From Candidatus Izemoplasmatales bacterium (GTDB lineage Bacteria > Bacillota_I > Bacilli_A > Izemoplasmatales > Hujiaoplasmataceae), in assembly GCA_050177605.1 (NCBI GenBank), contig JBFXGX010000038.1, positions 1 through 12,946 of the forward strand: DNA of 12,946 nucleotides. The letters run 5' to 3'. Position numbers and translations under genes: made by a program. Numbering within the stretch: position 1 is the stretch's first letter; every line of letters starts with the position of its first letter. Positions 1 to 7,024 of this stretch are shown piece after piece. A model generated the notes under the pieces. That model saw nothing but the letters and a program-made list of their open reading frames with translations. It was not told the DNA's origin and did not search any database.

Positions 1-211
1 CACTAATCACAGCAGACAGATCGCATACACACAACTCGGTTTCTTTTAATGCCAATATGATTTTCATTCTTGTGGGATCACTAAATGTTTTGAAGAACAA
101 AGTCAGAAGTGAAATAGATTCATTATCTAGTAAGTTTTTATGGGCTATTTCTATTTTTTCAGGGTGAAGAACATTACATTCACAAAACTCTATTATATCT
201 TTTTGATCCAT
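1..211 (-). CDS. ArsR/SmtB-family metal-sensing repressor, CadC-like (partial, runs off the left edge)
   Basis: Not in the ORF track. Manual translation from ATG at 211 gives MDQKDIIEFCECNVLHPEKIEIAHKNLLDNESISLLTLFFKTFSDPTRMKIILALKETELCVCDLSAVIS. It has the FK..SDPTR.KI and ELCVCDL ArsR/SmtB motifs plus an N-terminal CEC. An AGGAG RBS lies just upstream. Confidence 0.93.
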   Translation of the reverse strand, partial: MDQKDIIEFCECNVLHPEKIEIAHKNLLDNESISLLTLFFKTFSDPTRMKIILALKETELCVCDLSAVIS

Positions 212-221
212 ACTAATCTCC

Positions 222-251
222 TATCTATATGAGCGCTCATTCATATAGATA
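222..251. promoter_or_regulatory. ArsR/SmtB-type operator (inverted repeat)
   Basis: TATCTATATGA-GCGCTCAT-TCATATAGATA has perfect 11-bp arms and an 8-bp spacer. It lies between the -10 and the RBS of the ArsR gene and resembles CzrA/SmtB ATATGA..TCATAT operators. Confidence 0.85.
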
Positions 252-252
252 T

Positions 253-280
253 ATTGTATCACAATAAACTACGGAGTCAA
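253..280 (-). promoter_or_regulatory. sigma-A promoter of the ArsR-family gene
   Basis: On the minus strand: TTGACT (280-275), a 16-bp spacer, then extended -10 TGA-TACAAT (258-253). Confidence 0.7.
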
Positions 281-497
281 TAAAAACAACTTCTTTAGAT
301 TGCTTCATCGTTTTTTATGCATTTTTTTAGCATCGAAACAAATAGATTGTAACGAATATTAGGTGCATTTCAGGTTTTAAGTCATTTTTCCCAACTTATT
401 TCGATGAACAAGAATTTTTTATTATGGTTTTGAGTTAATTATATTGTTTAATCTAAGTAATATTTTCTATGATAGAAAATAAAGACACCTTTAAGGA

Positions 498-532
498 TGA
501 AAAATGCCCATAACCTTGAGCTATGAGCATTT
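498..532 (-). terminator. intrinsic terminator
   Basis: Minus strand reads AAATGCTCATAGC-TCAAG-GTTATGGGCATTT followed by more T. The two mismatches are G.U pairs only on the minus strand. Confidence 0.7.
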
Positions 533-800
533 CATATTGAATCTATCTCGGGATCTGTTTTTACTTGTATGCGGAATATTACCATAACCTAGTGTTCTCT
601 GGGAAGCTGTTCTATATCATAGTATCCAAAGTACCCTTTTGGGCATATATCTTAAATTATTCTTCTTCTAGTTCGATACCAAAACAGTCACACAAAACGA
701 GTCAGTTCGTGTACGTCGGAAACTTATTTTTGGCCATTTTATATTCCCCTATTCCAGACTTTTTCCAGTGTGGGAACATATTTTCACAATATATTTGATA
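532..800 (-). pseudogene. decayed Xre/Cro-C1 HTH regulator remnant
   Basis: Minus-frame translation gives ...HWKKSGIGEYKMAKNKFPTYTN*LVLCDCFGIELEEE* with stops at 704-702 and 659-657. A shifted frame then reads ...EQLPREH*VMVIFRIQVKTDPEIDSI* and ends at TGA 534-532, directly at the terminator. It resembles Xre proteins of the 'GWSEYRLAK...PTI.TL..ICDAFGITL.EF' type. Recognised by eye only. Confidence 0.45.
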
Positions 801-867
801 TTAATGATGGGAAACAAGTTGAATAGCATACACTCATTTGGTTTTTACTTCGATGATTTTCTACTCT

Positions 868-2103
868 TTATTGAGGAAATTGAATTGTTATCTTGGTTCC
901 ATGTCCAATAAAACTATCTATTTGCATGTTTGCACCTATTTTTTGAACTATATCTTTTACGAACTGTAAACCCAAACCACTACCTTTATCGTTCAATTTC
1001 ATTGCTTCTACTGAACGATAAGGTCCTTTTAAGATATTTTGTATTGTTTCGATGGTCATGCCAATCCCTTCATCTTCAACAACCAATTTTCTGTTTTTAT
1101 TATGAACAGAGATTGAGATATTTGATTGAGGATTCGAATAATAAAAAGCGTTGAATAATAGATGTTCAATTAAACGCTCTAGATCTTTATCAGAAATATT
1201 AATTGATAATCTATCTAGTTCCAGCGATATAGTAATTTGTTTACTTTCAAATATTTCCTTGTACTTATTTGCATATTTGTTAATAAATAGGGAAACATCC
1301 TGTATATATGGTAGTTCAACATAGTCAAGTTCGATAAACTTAGGGATTAGGTTCATTATTTTAACTGTTTCTGCTTGAATGTCCAAAAATACATCTTTAG
1401 TTGGATTCAGTTTTTCATTAACTAATGAATCCGCATAAATTCGGATAACTGAAAGGGGTGTTTTGATATCGTGCGCAATACTTTTGATATGAGACTCATA
1501 AACGGATCTTTGTTTTTCTCTTTGGATTTGACCATTCATCAGTTGAAGGTGCAATTGCTTTATTTCTTTATACGAGAAAACCGAACTTTCTGACTCAATA
1601 TTGTTTAAATCCAACTTTAACTTGGTATTTTCATTCCTCAGAAACTTATATAAAATATACATACCAAAGGCAAACAAAATAATGGAGGTTAAATTTAATC
1701 CAATGAATCCATAAAGTATATCTATACCTAATTTGGAGGACTCAAAGTTGACTGCGATATATCCAAGAAGAATGTCATCATAATATACAGGTTCATACTT
1801 TTGCAATCTCGCATCAAAATCATTAGAGAAAATGGTTTGCTCTGTAATGTTTTTGAAATGAATTGTTACATCATTATTATGTGTATAGTGCTCCAAATAT
1901 ATGATTAAAGTTTCGAAGTTCTCTTCAGTTGATAGATGAGCAGTCATATTATATAGTGCATCGTATTGTCTTGCAATTTCTTTTTGAAATTGGTTATTTG
2001 AAAATAAATAAAAGGCAATATTCAGGATAAAAATGGTTGATAGAAATATGAAGAGTACTTTTTTAAAGATTTGAGAAATAAGGAGGCTCTTTATACTATT
2101 CAT
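868..2103 (-). CDS. membrane sensor histidine kinase (HisKA + HATPase_c)
   Basis: Two TM helices flank a ~90-aa extracellular loop. H-box AHDIKTPL, N-box HLLFNAFYY, G1 VEDEGIGM, G2 GSGLGL. Overlaps the response regulator stop by 8 nt. Confidence 0.95.
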   Translation of the reverse strand: MNSIKSLLISQIFKKVLFIFLSTIFILNIAFYLFSNNQFQKEIARQYDALYNMTAHLSTEENFETLIIYLEHYTHNNDVTIHFKNITEQTIFSNDFDARLQKYEPVYYDDILLGYIAVNFESSKLGIDILYGFIGLNLTSIILFAFGMYILYKFLRNENTKLKLDLNNIESESSVFSYKEIKQLHLQLMNGQIQREKQRSVYESHIKSIAHDIKTPLSVIRIYADSLVNEKLNPTKDVFLDIQAETVKIMNLIPKFIELDYVELPYIQDVSLFINKYANKYKEIFESKQITISLELDRLSINISDKDLERLIEHLLFNAFYYSNPQSNISISVHNKNRKLVVEDEGIGMTIETIQNILKGPYRSVEAMKLNDKGSGLGLQFVKDIVQKIGANMQIDSFIGHGTKITIQFPQ

Positions 2104-2776
2104 CCTTTACCCCCACAAACTGATATCCAATCCCATAATGCGTTTTTATATATGATAGTTCGGAAGCAGGATCTATTTTTTTTCTAATGTTTTTTATGAA
2201 AACGTCTATTACACGGTCATAAGCATCACTATCTAAAAAACATTGTTCGATAATCATGTCTCTAGAAAAGACAACGTTAGGATTTGAAAGTAAATGCAAT
2301 AAGACATCATACTCATACTGTGTTAAATTGATTAATTGATTGTGAACAAAAACCTCTCTACTTAAGGGTAGAACTTTTAGATGTGAATGATTAAATGTAT
2401 AGATTGTTGGATGATTAACAACAAGTCTTTTTTCAACATTTTTGAGTTTAGCCATGACCTCATCAATTGAAAAAGGCTTAATCATATAATCATCTGCCCC
2501 AAGTGTGATGACATCGACGCGGTCTTTGATATCAATTTTCGCTGATAATACAACAATATAAACATCTGACACTTTGCGTATTTGTTTGATTAGTTCTTCT
2601 CCTTGTATTCCAGGAAGCATTAAATCTAAGAGAATAATATCAAATTTTTCATGATGAACTGCTGCAAGTGCTTCTTCACCGTTATATACTTGTTTAACTT
2701 CATGTCCATCATTACGTGCATACATCGCTAATAACTGATTGATCTTCGGATAATCTTCAACAATTAATGTTTTCAT
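2096..2776 (-). CDS. OmpR/PhoB-family response regulator
   Basis: Receiver motifs IVED, LLDLMLPG (phospho-Asp), SAK and GADDYMIKPF. Winged-helix C-terminus LTQYEYDVL...SRDMII...RVIDVFIKNIRKKI...IKTHYGIGY. TATAAT at 2805-2800 and a GGAAGTGA RBS upstream. Confidence 0.97.
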   Translation of the reverse strand: MKTLIVEDYPKINQLLAMYARNDGHEVKQVYNGEEALAAVHHEKFDIILLDLMLPGIQGEELIKQIRKVSDVYIVVLSAKIDIKDRVDVITLGADDYMIKPFSIDEVMAKLKNVEKRLVVNHPTIYTFNHSHLKVLPLSREVFVHNQLINLTQYEYDVLLHLLSNPNVVFSRDMIIEQCFLDSDAYDRVIDVFIKNIRKKIDPASELSYIKTHYGIGYQFVGVKDE

Positions 2777-2814
2777 TCAAAATCACTTCCTACGTGAATA
2801 TTATACAACAATAG

Positions 2815-2846
2815 TAATAAAATATGGGTGAGTACGTACCCACCCA
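2815..2846 (-). terminator. hairpin/intrinsic terminator between the secreted protein gene and the response regulator
   Basis: Minus strand reads TGGGTGGGTAC-GTACTCACCCA (2846-2825, one G.U pair) followed by TATTTTATT. Confidence 0.65.
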
Positions 2847-2854
2847 CATCCTAT

Positions 2855-3466
2855 TTATTCATTTGGCTGAACAGGATTTAATAAATGATCCACTATATTT
2901 GTCTTAATTTCTTTTATGCTTTCAACAAGTTCTTGAACTGAAAGATTTGACAGATCCAAATCCATAACAGCTTCCGCGAAAGAATAATCCAAACTATCTC
3001 TTTGGACATCACTCGAATGAATATACAACCATTCATAAGTACTTGCATTATTCTGGTAACCACAATTCACATATGGATCATTTACATCATATCCCATCAT
3101 GTTACCGCCCATCATGCCAAATCGTTGGGTAGAATACTCAATTTGAACATTATCTATAATATCCGATTTAATCTGCTTAATGAGTTCAACAACTTCTGAC
3201 ACGGTTTTTTCTTGGATATCTGAAGTTATTAACTCACTTGCATATCCAGAATCTAATTTTTCTTGATTTTCAGTGGATAGATGAAGATATATCTTTTCAA
3301 AGTTATTAAGACTGTAACTAGATTCCATCATGCCATGTTGGCTAAAATTTAACACAATAAAGTCATTATTATTTTCACTTGAAAATGCATTTACAACGCC
3401 CATTGATAACATGCCTAAAAATGCAACGGCAACGGTTAGTCCGAAAACAATCAAATTTTTTCTCAT
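2855..3466 (-). CDS. hypothetical secreted protein with Met-rich GMM motifs and two internal ~50-aa repeats
   Basis: 203 aa. Sec-type signal peptide (MRKN + hydrophobic stretch + VNA/F). HGMM and GMMGGNMMG motifs. GAGG RBS inside the end of the upstream gene, with a 1-nt gap to the SHOCT gene. Confidence 0.85.
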   Translation of the reverse strand: MRKNLIVFGLTVAVAFLGMLSMGVVNAFSSENNNDFIVLNFSQHGMMESSYSLNNFEKIYLHLSTENQEKLDSGYASELITSDIQEKTVSEVVELIKQIKSDIIDNVQIEYSTQRFGMMGGNMMGYDVNDPYVNCGYQNNASTYEWLYIHSSDVQRDSLDYSFAEAVMDLDLSNLSVQELVESIKEIKTNIVDHLLNPVQPNE

Positions 3467-3467
3467 A

Positions 3468-3797
3468 TTACTTATTCCTCAATTTCTCTATTAGTTTTTC
3501 GTATTCATCAATTGTTATCTCACCTTTTGCAAGGCGTGATTTTAACACTTCAATTGCTTGATCATGTCTACATTCACTCCGATAACTAAAACCGTTTAAT
3601 GCAAAGTAAATCACACCGATCCAAAATATACCCATTGCTAACATACCAAATGGCATACCCCAACCTCCCACCATATGACCATAATAAGGATAATCACTAT
3701 TCTCTGCCCACTGTTGTGAAAAATACCAGAATGCGATAGCAGTTATAATTATTAATCCAATGAAAATAGCTAAAAAAATACCTTGTTTTTTGTTCAT
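3468..3797 (-). CDS. SHOCT-domain membrane protein with Gly/Met-rich loop
   Basis: Two hydrophobic helices joined by YYGHMVGGWGMPFGMLAMG. C-terminal AIEVLKSRLAKGEITIDEYEKL is the SHOCT signature. Start moved from GTG 3806 to ATG 3797 because GAGGTG (3809-3804) is the RBS. Confidence 0.88.
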   Translation of the reverse strand: MNKKQGIFLAIFIGLIIITAIAFWYFSQQWAENSDYPYYGHMVGGWGMPFGMLAMGIFWIGVIYFALNGFSYRSECRHDQAIEVLKSRLAKGEITIDEYEKLIEKLRNK

Positions 3798-3815
3798 CTT
3801 ATTCACCTCGACTAT

Positions 3816-3859
3816 ATGATATCAAACAATTATGAATACAAAATGAATGTGAAAAGAAT
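3816..3859 (-). promoter_or_regulatory. putative OmpR-family direct-repeat box plus extended -10 for the SHOCT operon
   Basis: Plus-strand ATGAAT (3832), ATGAAT (3843) and AAGAAT (3854) have an 11-bp period. The minus-strand extended -10 TGA-TATCAT (3821-3816) lies 10 bp from the proximal half-site. There is no consensus -35. Confidence 0.65.
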
Positions 3860-3860
3860 C

Positions 3861-3888
3861 TTGCATTTTTTAATAACCATGATATAAT
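3861..3888 (+). promoter_or_regulatory. sigma-A promoter of csoR-cueP-copB
   Basis: TTGCAT (3861-3866), a 16-bp spacer, extended -10 TGA-TATAAT (3883-3888), and RBS AGGAGG at 3921-3926. Confidence 0.8.
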
Positions 3889-3895
3889 ATATTTG

Positions 3896-3918
3896 TATAC
3901 CCCTCCCATGGTGGGGTG
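3896..3918. promoter_or_regulatory. CsoR operator, copy 1
   Basis: TATACCCCTCCCATGGTGGGGTG is a C-tract/G-tract pseudo-palindrome with a TAC end, typical of CsoR sites. It lies between the -10 and the RBS of csoR and is 22/23 identical to 10655-10677. Confidence 0.88.
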
Positions 3919-3932
3919 CAAGGAGGAAAACT

Positions 3933-4223
3933 ATGAGTCAATCGCATCAACACAACACAAGACATTTGAATGAGGAAAAAATTAAACAATTATTAAAAAC
4001 CGGGCGAGGTCAAGTGGAAGGCATACTAAAAATGTATGAAGAAGGAAGATACTGTGTAGATATCTCAAAACAGATACTATCAGTTATTGCTTTGCTTCAA
4101 AATGCTAATGCATTAATATTAAACGATCATATTAGTACATGCGTTACAGAAGCTATTTTCGAACAAAAAGGTAAAGAAAAAATTGATGAAATCACTGAAA
4201 TTTTAGTGAAATACTTGAGATGA
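3933..4223 (+). CDS. csoR: CsoR-family copper-sensing repressor
   Basis: GQVEGILKM..EGRYCVDI..QI...HI.TCV, with Cu(I) ligand pattern C41/H66/C70 and Y40. A CsoR-type operator lies directly upstream. Confidence 0.93.
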   Translation: MSQSHQHNTRHLNEEKIKQLLKTGRGQVEGILKMYEEGRYCVDISKQILSVIALLQNANALILNDHISTCVTEAIFEQKGKEKIDEITEILVKYLR

Positions 4224-4789
4224 GGTCTATGATGGTAAAGAAATTACTAATCAGTTTTTCCATATTTATAGCATTTATTGGACTTATTGCTTTTGTAGCA
4301 GCAAATTCACCAAATCGAAATGATATCTTGGCAAAATATGATCTAGATGGTATGACAGTAAAAGATATAGTGACCTATTTAGAGAATGATTTAAATGAAC
4401 CTACAAATTTTAGTGCAGCGATTACTGGAACAAAATTGCTTTTAGGTGATGCGACACATCAGATGGAGTTAGAACTACCTAAAGGTCAGTTTTATCTCTC
4501 ATTTGCACCCTATGTCAATCAGACTCATCCTTGCGCTAATCATAATTTAGTCACCTGTCGTGGTGAGTTAAAAAGCAAATCTTTTGAAGTTAAGATTGTT
4601 GATTCTCAAACAAATACTGTCATCATAGAAAAAACTATTATAAGCAGCTCGAATGGATTTGCCGGTATTTGGTTACCAATAAATAAACGATATCAGATTA
4701 CTGTTTCATATGAGAATTTTTCGGCAACTGACGAAGTTTCAACTTTTACTACATCAAATACATGTCTTACAACACTTAAACTAGCCTAA
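4220..4789 (+). CDS. cueP: CueP-family extracytoplasmic copper-binding protein with N-terminal signal/anchor
   Basis: FYLSFAPYVNQTHPCANHNLVTCRGEL, NGFAGIWLP and C-terminal TCLTTLKL match CueP motifs. The real start may be ATG 4229 or 4232, after GAGGT at 4222-4226. Confidence 0.88.
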   Translation: MRSMMVKKLLISFSIFIAFIGLIAFVAANSPNRNDILAKYDLDGMTVKDIVTYLENDLNEPTNFSAAITGTKLLLGDATHQMELELPKGQFYLSFAPYVNQTHPCANHNLVTCRGELKSKSFEVKIVDSQTNTVIIEKTIISSSNGFAGIWLPINKRYQITVSYENFSATDEVSTFTTSNTCLTTLKLA

Positions 4790-4801
4790 AGGAGGCAAAT
4801 T

Positions 4802-6925
4802 ATGGACAAACATAAACACAATCATCATCACAAAGATAATAAAAATGAGCATATCGACCACAATAAAAAAGCCATGAATCACGAAACGCATGATGACCAC
4901 ATACACCATCATGAAGAAATTCACAACCATAGTCACGGTGAAAGTTACAAAGATGCAGAGCATGAAAGTCATGAAGGGCATCACGATCACCATACTATGA
5001 TGGTTAAAGATTTTAAAAGAAGGTTTTTTATTTCACTAGGATTATTAGTTCCAATTTTAACTCTCTCACCTATGATTCAGGAATTTTTCGATTTGAATCT
5101 AAGGTTTTCTGGAGACTTATACATTCTTTTGACACTCAGCACTTTGTTATTTATATATGGCGGATTACCATTTTTTAAAGGTACTTTTGAAGAGTTGAAA
5201 CAAAAAGCACCAGCTATGATGTCTCTCATTGGCCTTGCTATTGTCGTTGCCTATATCTATAGTGCCTATACCGTCATATTCCAAACCGGTCAAGATTTTT
5301 TCTGGGAATTATCAACACTCATCTCAATCATGCTACTCGGTCACTGGATTGAAATGAAGTCTGTATTAGGTGCATCAAGAGCTTTAGAAGAACTCTTAAA
5401 ACTGATGCCTGAAGAAGCTCACGTCATCGATCAAGATGGTCACATTAATGATATATCAGTCACTCAAGTTAAAGTAGGTATGATTTTATTAGTCAGACCT
5501 GGAGAAAAGGTTCCTATTGACGGAAAAATCACAGAAGGAAAGTCTTCTGTAAACGAATCCATGTTAACCGGTGAATCTGTTCCTGTCGATAAATCACCTG
5601 GAGACGAATTAATAGGTGGTTCAATCAATGCTGAAGGTTCACTGAAATATAAAGTGACACGTATTGGTGATGAGACATTTCTTTCTCAAGTCATTAAACT
5701 CGTCAGGGATGCTCAAAAAACACGTTCAAAAACGCAAAGAATAGCAGATATTGCGGCAAAATACTTATTCTATGTTGCATTACTTGGTGGAATATCTACA
5801 TTTGTTATCTGGATGTTACTGGGTAAAGATGTAGGATTTGCTATGGAAAGAGCAGTTACTGTCGTCATTATTTCATGCCCCCATGCACTTGGATTAGCTA
5901 CACCACTCGTTACTGCTGTTTCATCAAGCATTGGTGCAAAACATGGGTTACTCATTCGGAATCGAGCAAATTTCGAAAATGCACGCAAAATTAACACTGT
6001 TGTATTTGATAAAACAGGCACACTAACTAGAGGTGAATTCGGAATTTCAAAAATTGAAAGCTTTAGTTTGAGTGAAAACGAACTTCTATCATTTGCATAT
6101 GCAATTGAGAATGAGTCCGAACATCCTATAGCAAAAGCAATCGTTAGAGCTGCTAAAGATAAAAAAGTGCAACTTCAAAAAGGTAAAGATATCACAGCAA
6201 TTCCTGGTAAAGGACTTGTTGGTATAGTACAACAATCTACTGTTGAGATCGTAAGTCCGGGTTATATTAAAGAGTTGAAGATACCATTCGATATTAGCGC
6301 ATATGAAGCATTAGCGAATCAAGGCAACACTGTTGTTTTTGTCCTTAAGGATAAAAAACTGATGGGTTATATCGCTTTAAATGATATGATTAGAGAAACC
6401 TCAAAGGAAGCGATTGAATCGCTTAAAGAAATGGGCATTGATTCATACATGCTTACAGGGGATAATCAAAAAGTTGCGAATGAAGTTGCCAAAAAGTTGG
6501 GCATAAAACATGTATTTGCCGAGGTTTTACCTGATCAAAAATCAGATAAGATTGAATCACTAACAAAAGAAGGACGTCTTGTAGCAATGACTGGTGATGG
6601 CATCAATGATGCACCAGCCCTAGCAAAAGCACACCTCGGTATTGCAATTGGTGCAGGTACAGATGTAGCGATTGAAACTGCAGATGTCATACTCGTTAAG
6701 AGTAACCCAATGGACGTCGTAAATATCATAAAGCTTTCTAAGTCAACCTATAAGAAAATGATTCAAAACCTCATATGGGCAACAGGATATAATATTATAG
6801 CTATTCCTTTAGCTGCTGGTGTATTAAGTTCTATTGGTATTCTATTGAGTCCTGCAGTTGGAGCAGTATTAATGTCACTAAGTACAGTCATTGTAGCTAT
6901 CAACGCTCGGTTGCTAAAAATCTAA
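4802..6925 (+). CDS. copB: copper-translocating P1B-3 ATPase with His-rich N-terminus
   Basis: 22 His in the first 64 aa. TGES, CPH transmembrane motif, DKTGT, SEHP, GDGINDAPAL, GYN and MSLS. AGGAGG RBS. Confidence 0.95.
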   Translation: MDKHKHNHHHKDNKNEHIDHNKKAMNHETHDDHIHHHEEIHNHSHGESYKDAEHESHEGHHDHHTMMVKDFKRRFFISLGLLVPILTLSPMIQEFFDLNLRFSGDLYILLTLSTLLFIYGGLPFFKGTFEELKQKAPAMMSLIGLAIVVAYIYSAYTVIFQTGQDFFWELSTLISIMLLGHWIEMKSVLGASRALEELLKLMPEEAHVIDQDGHINDISVTQVKVGMILLVRPGEKVPIDGKITEGKSSVNESMLTGESVPVDKSPGDELIGGSINAEGSLKYKVTRIGDETFLSQVIKLVRDAQKTRSKTQRIADIAAKYLFYVALLGGISTFVIWMLLGKDVGFAMERAVTVVIISCPHALGLATPLVTAVSSSIGAKHGLLIRNRANFENARKINTVVFDKTGTLTRGEFGISKIESFSLSENELLSFAYAIENESEHPIAKAIVRAAKDKKVQLQKGKDITAIPGKGLVGIVQQSTVEIVSPGYIKELKIPFDISAYEALANQGNTVVFVLKDKKLMGYIALNDMIRETSKEAIESLKEMGIDSYMLTGDNQKVANEVAKKLGIKHVFAEVLPDQKSDKIESLTKEGRLVAMTGDGINDAPALAKAHLGIAIGAGTDVAIETADVILVKSNPMDVVNIIKLSKSTYKKMIQNLIWATGYNIIAIPLAAGVLSSIGILLSPAVGAVLMSLSTVIVAINARLLKI

Positions 6926-6936
6926 ATTTATTACAC

Positions 6937-6966
6937 AAAAGCGAGTTGACTAAACTCGCTTTTTTT
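6937..6966 (+). terminator. intrinsic terminator of copB (possibly bidirectional)
   Basis: AAAAGCGAGTT-GACTA-AACTCGCTTTTTTT, starting 11 nt after the copB stop. Confidence 0.9.
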
Positions 6967-6968
6967 AT

Positions 6969-7006
6969 AAAAAATGCCAGAGATCGAAATCAATCTTCTG
7001 GCATTT
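6969..7006 (-). terminator. intrinsic terminator of the copZ-copA-lgt operon
   Basis: AAATGCCAGA...TCTGGCATTT stem. The plus-strand A-run at its left end gives a U tract on the minus strand, downstream of the lgt stop. Confidence 0.8.
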
Positions 7007-7024
7007 CGGTGTTGGTTGTTATGG

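Noticed and set aside
331..406. 8-bp inverted repeat CATCGAAA/TTTCGATG in the AT-rich spacer
   Set aside because: Too short, with no target duplication or transposase, so it cannot be supported as an IS/MITE end or att site.
702..704. TGA read as Trp (genetic code 4) to rescue the Xre remnant
   Set aside because: csoR ends in TGA at the expected family length, the long genes have no internal TGA, and the remnant also has TAA/TAG stops.
565..798. 77-aa plus-strand ORF
   Set aside because: TTG start, no RBS and no motif. It is antisense to the probable Xre remnant.
1920..3285. HLSTE pentapeptide shared by the kinase sensor loop and repeat 1 of the 203-aa protein
   Set aside because: Only five residues, the flanks do not align, and repeat 2 does not keep it. 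Probably chance.
930..3561. Plus-strand ORFs 930-1154, 3002-3199 and 3379-3561
   Set aside because: Antisense shadows of well-supported minus-strand genes.
4781..4993. 70-aa Met/Val-rich hydrophobic minus-strand ORF that looks like a membrane peptide
   Set aside because: Its composition is simply the reverse complement of the CAT/CAC His codons of the copB N-terminus.
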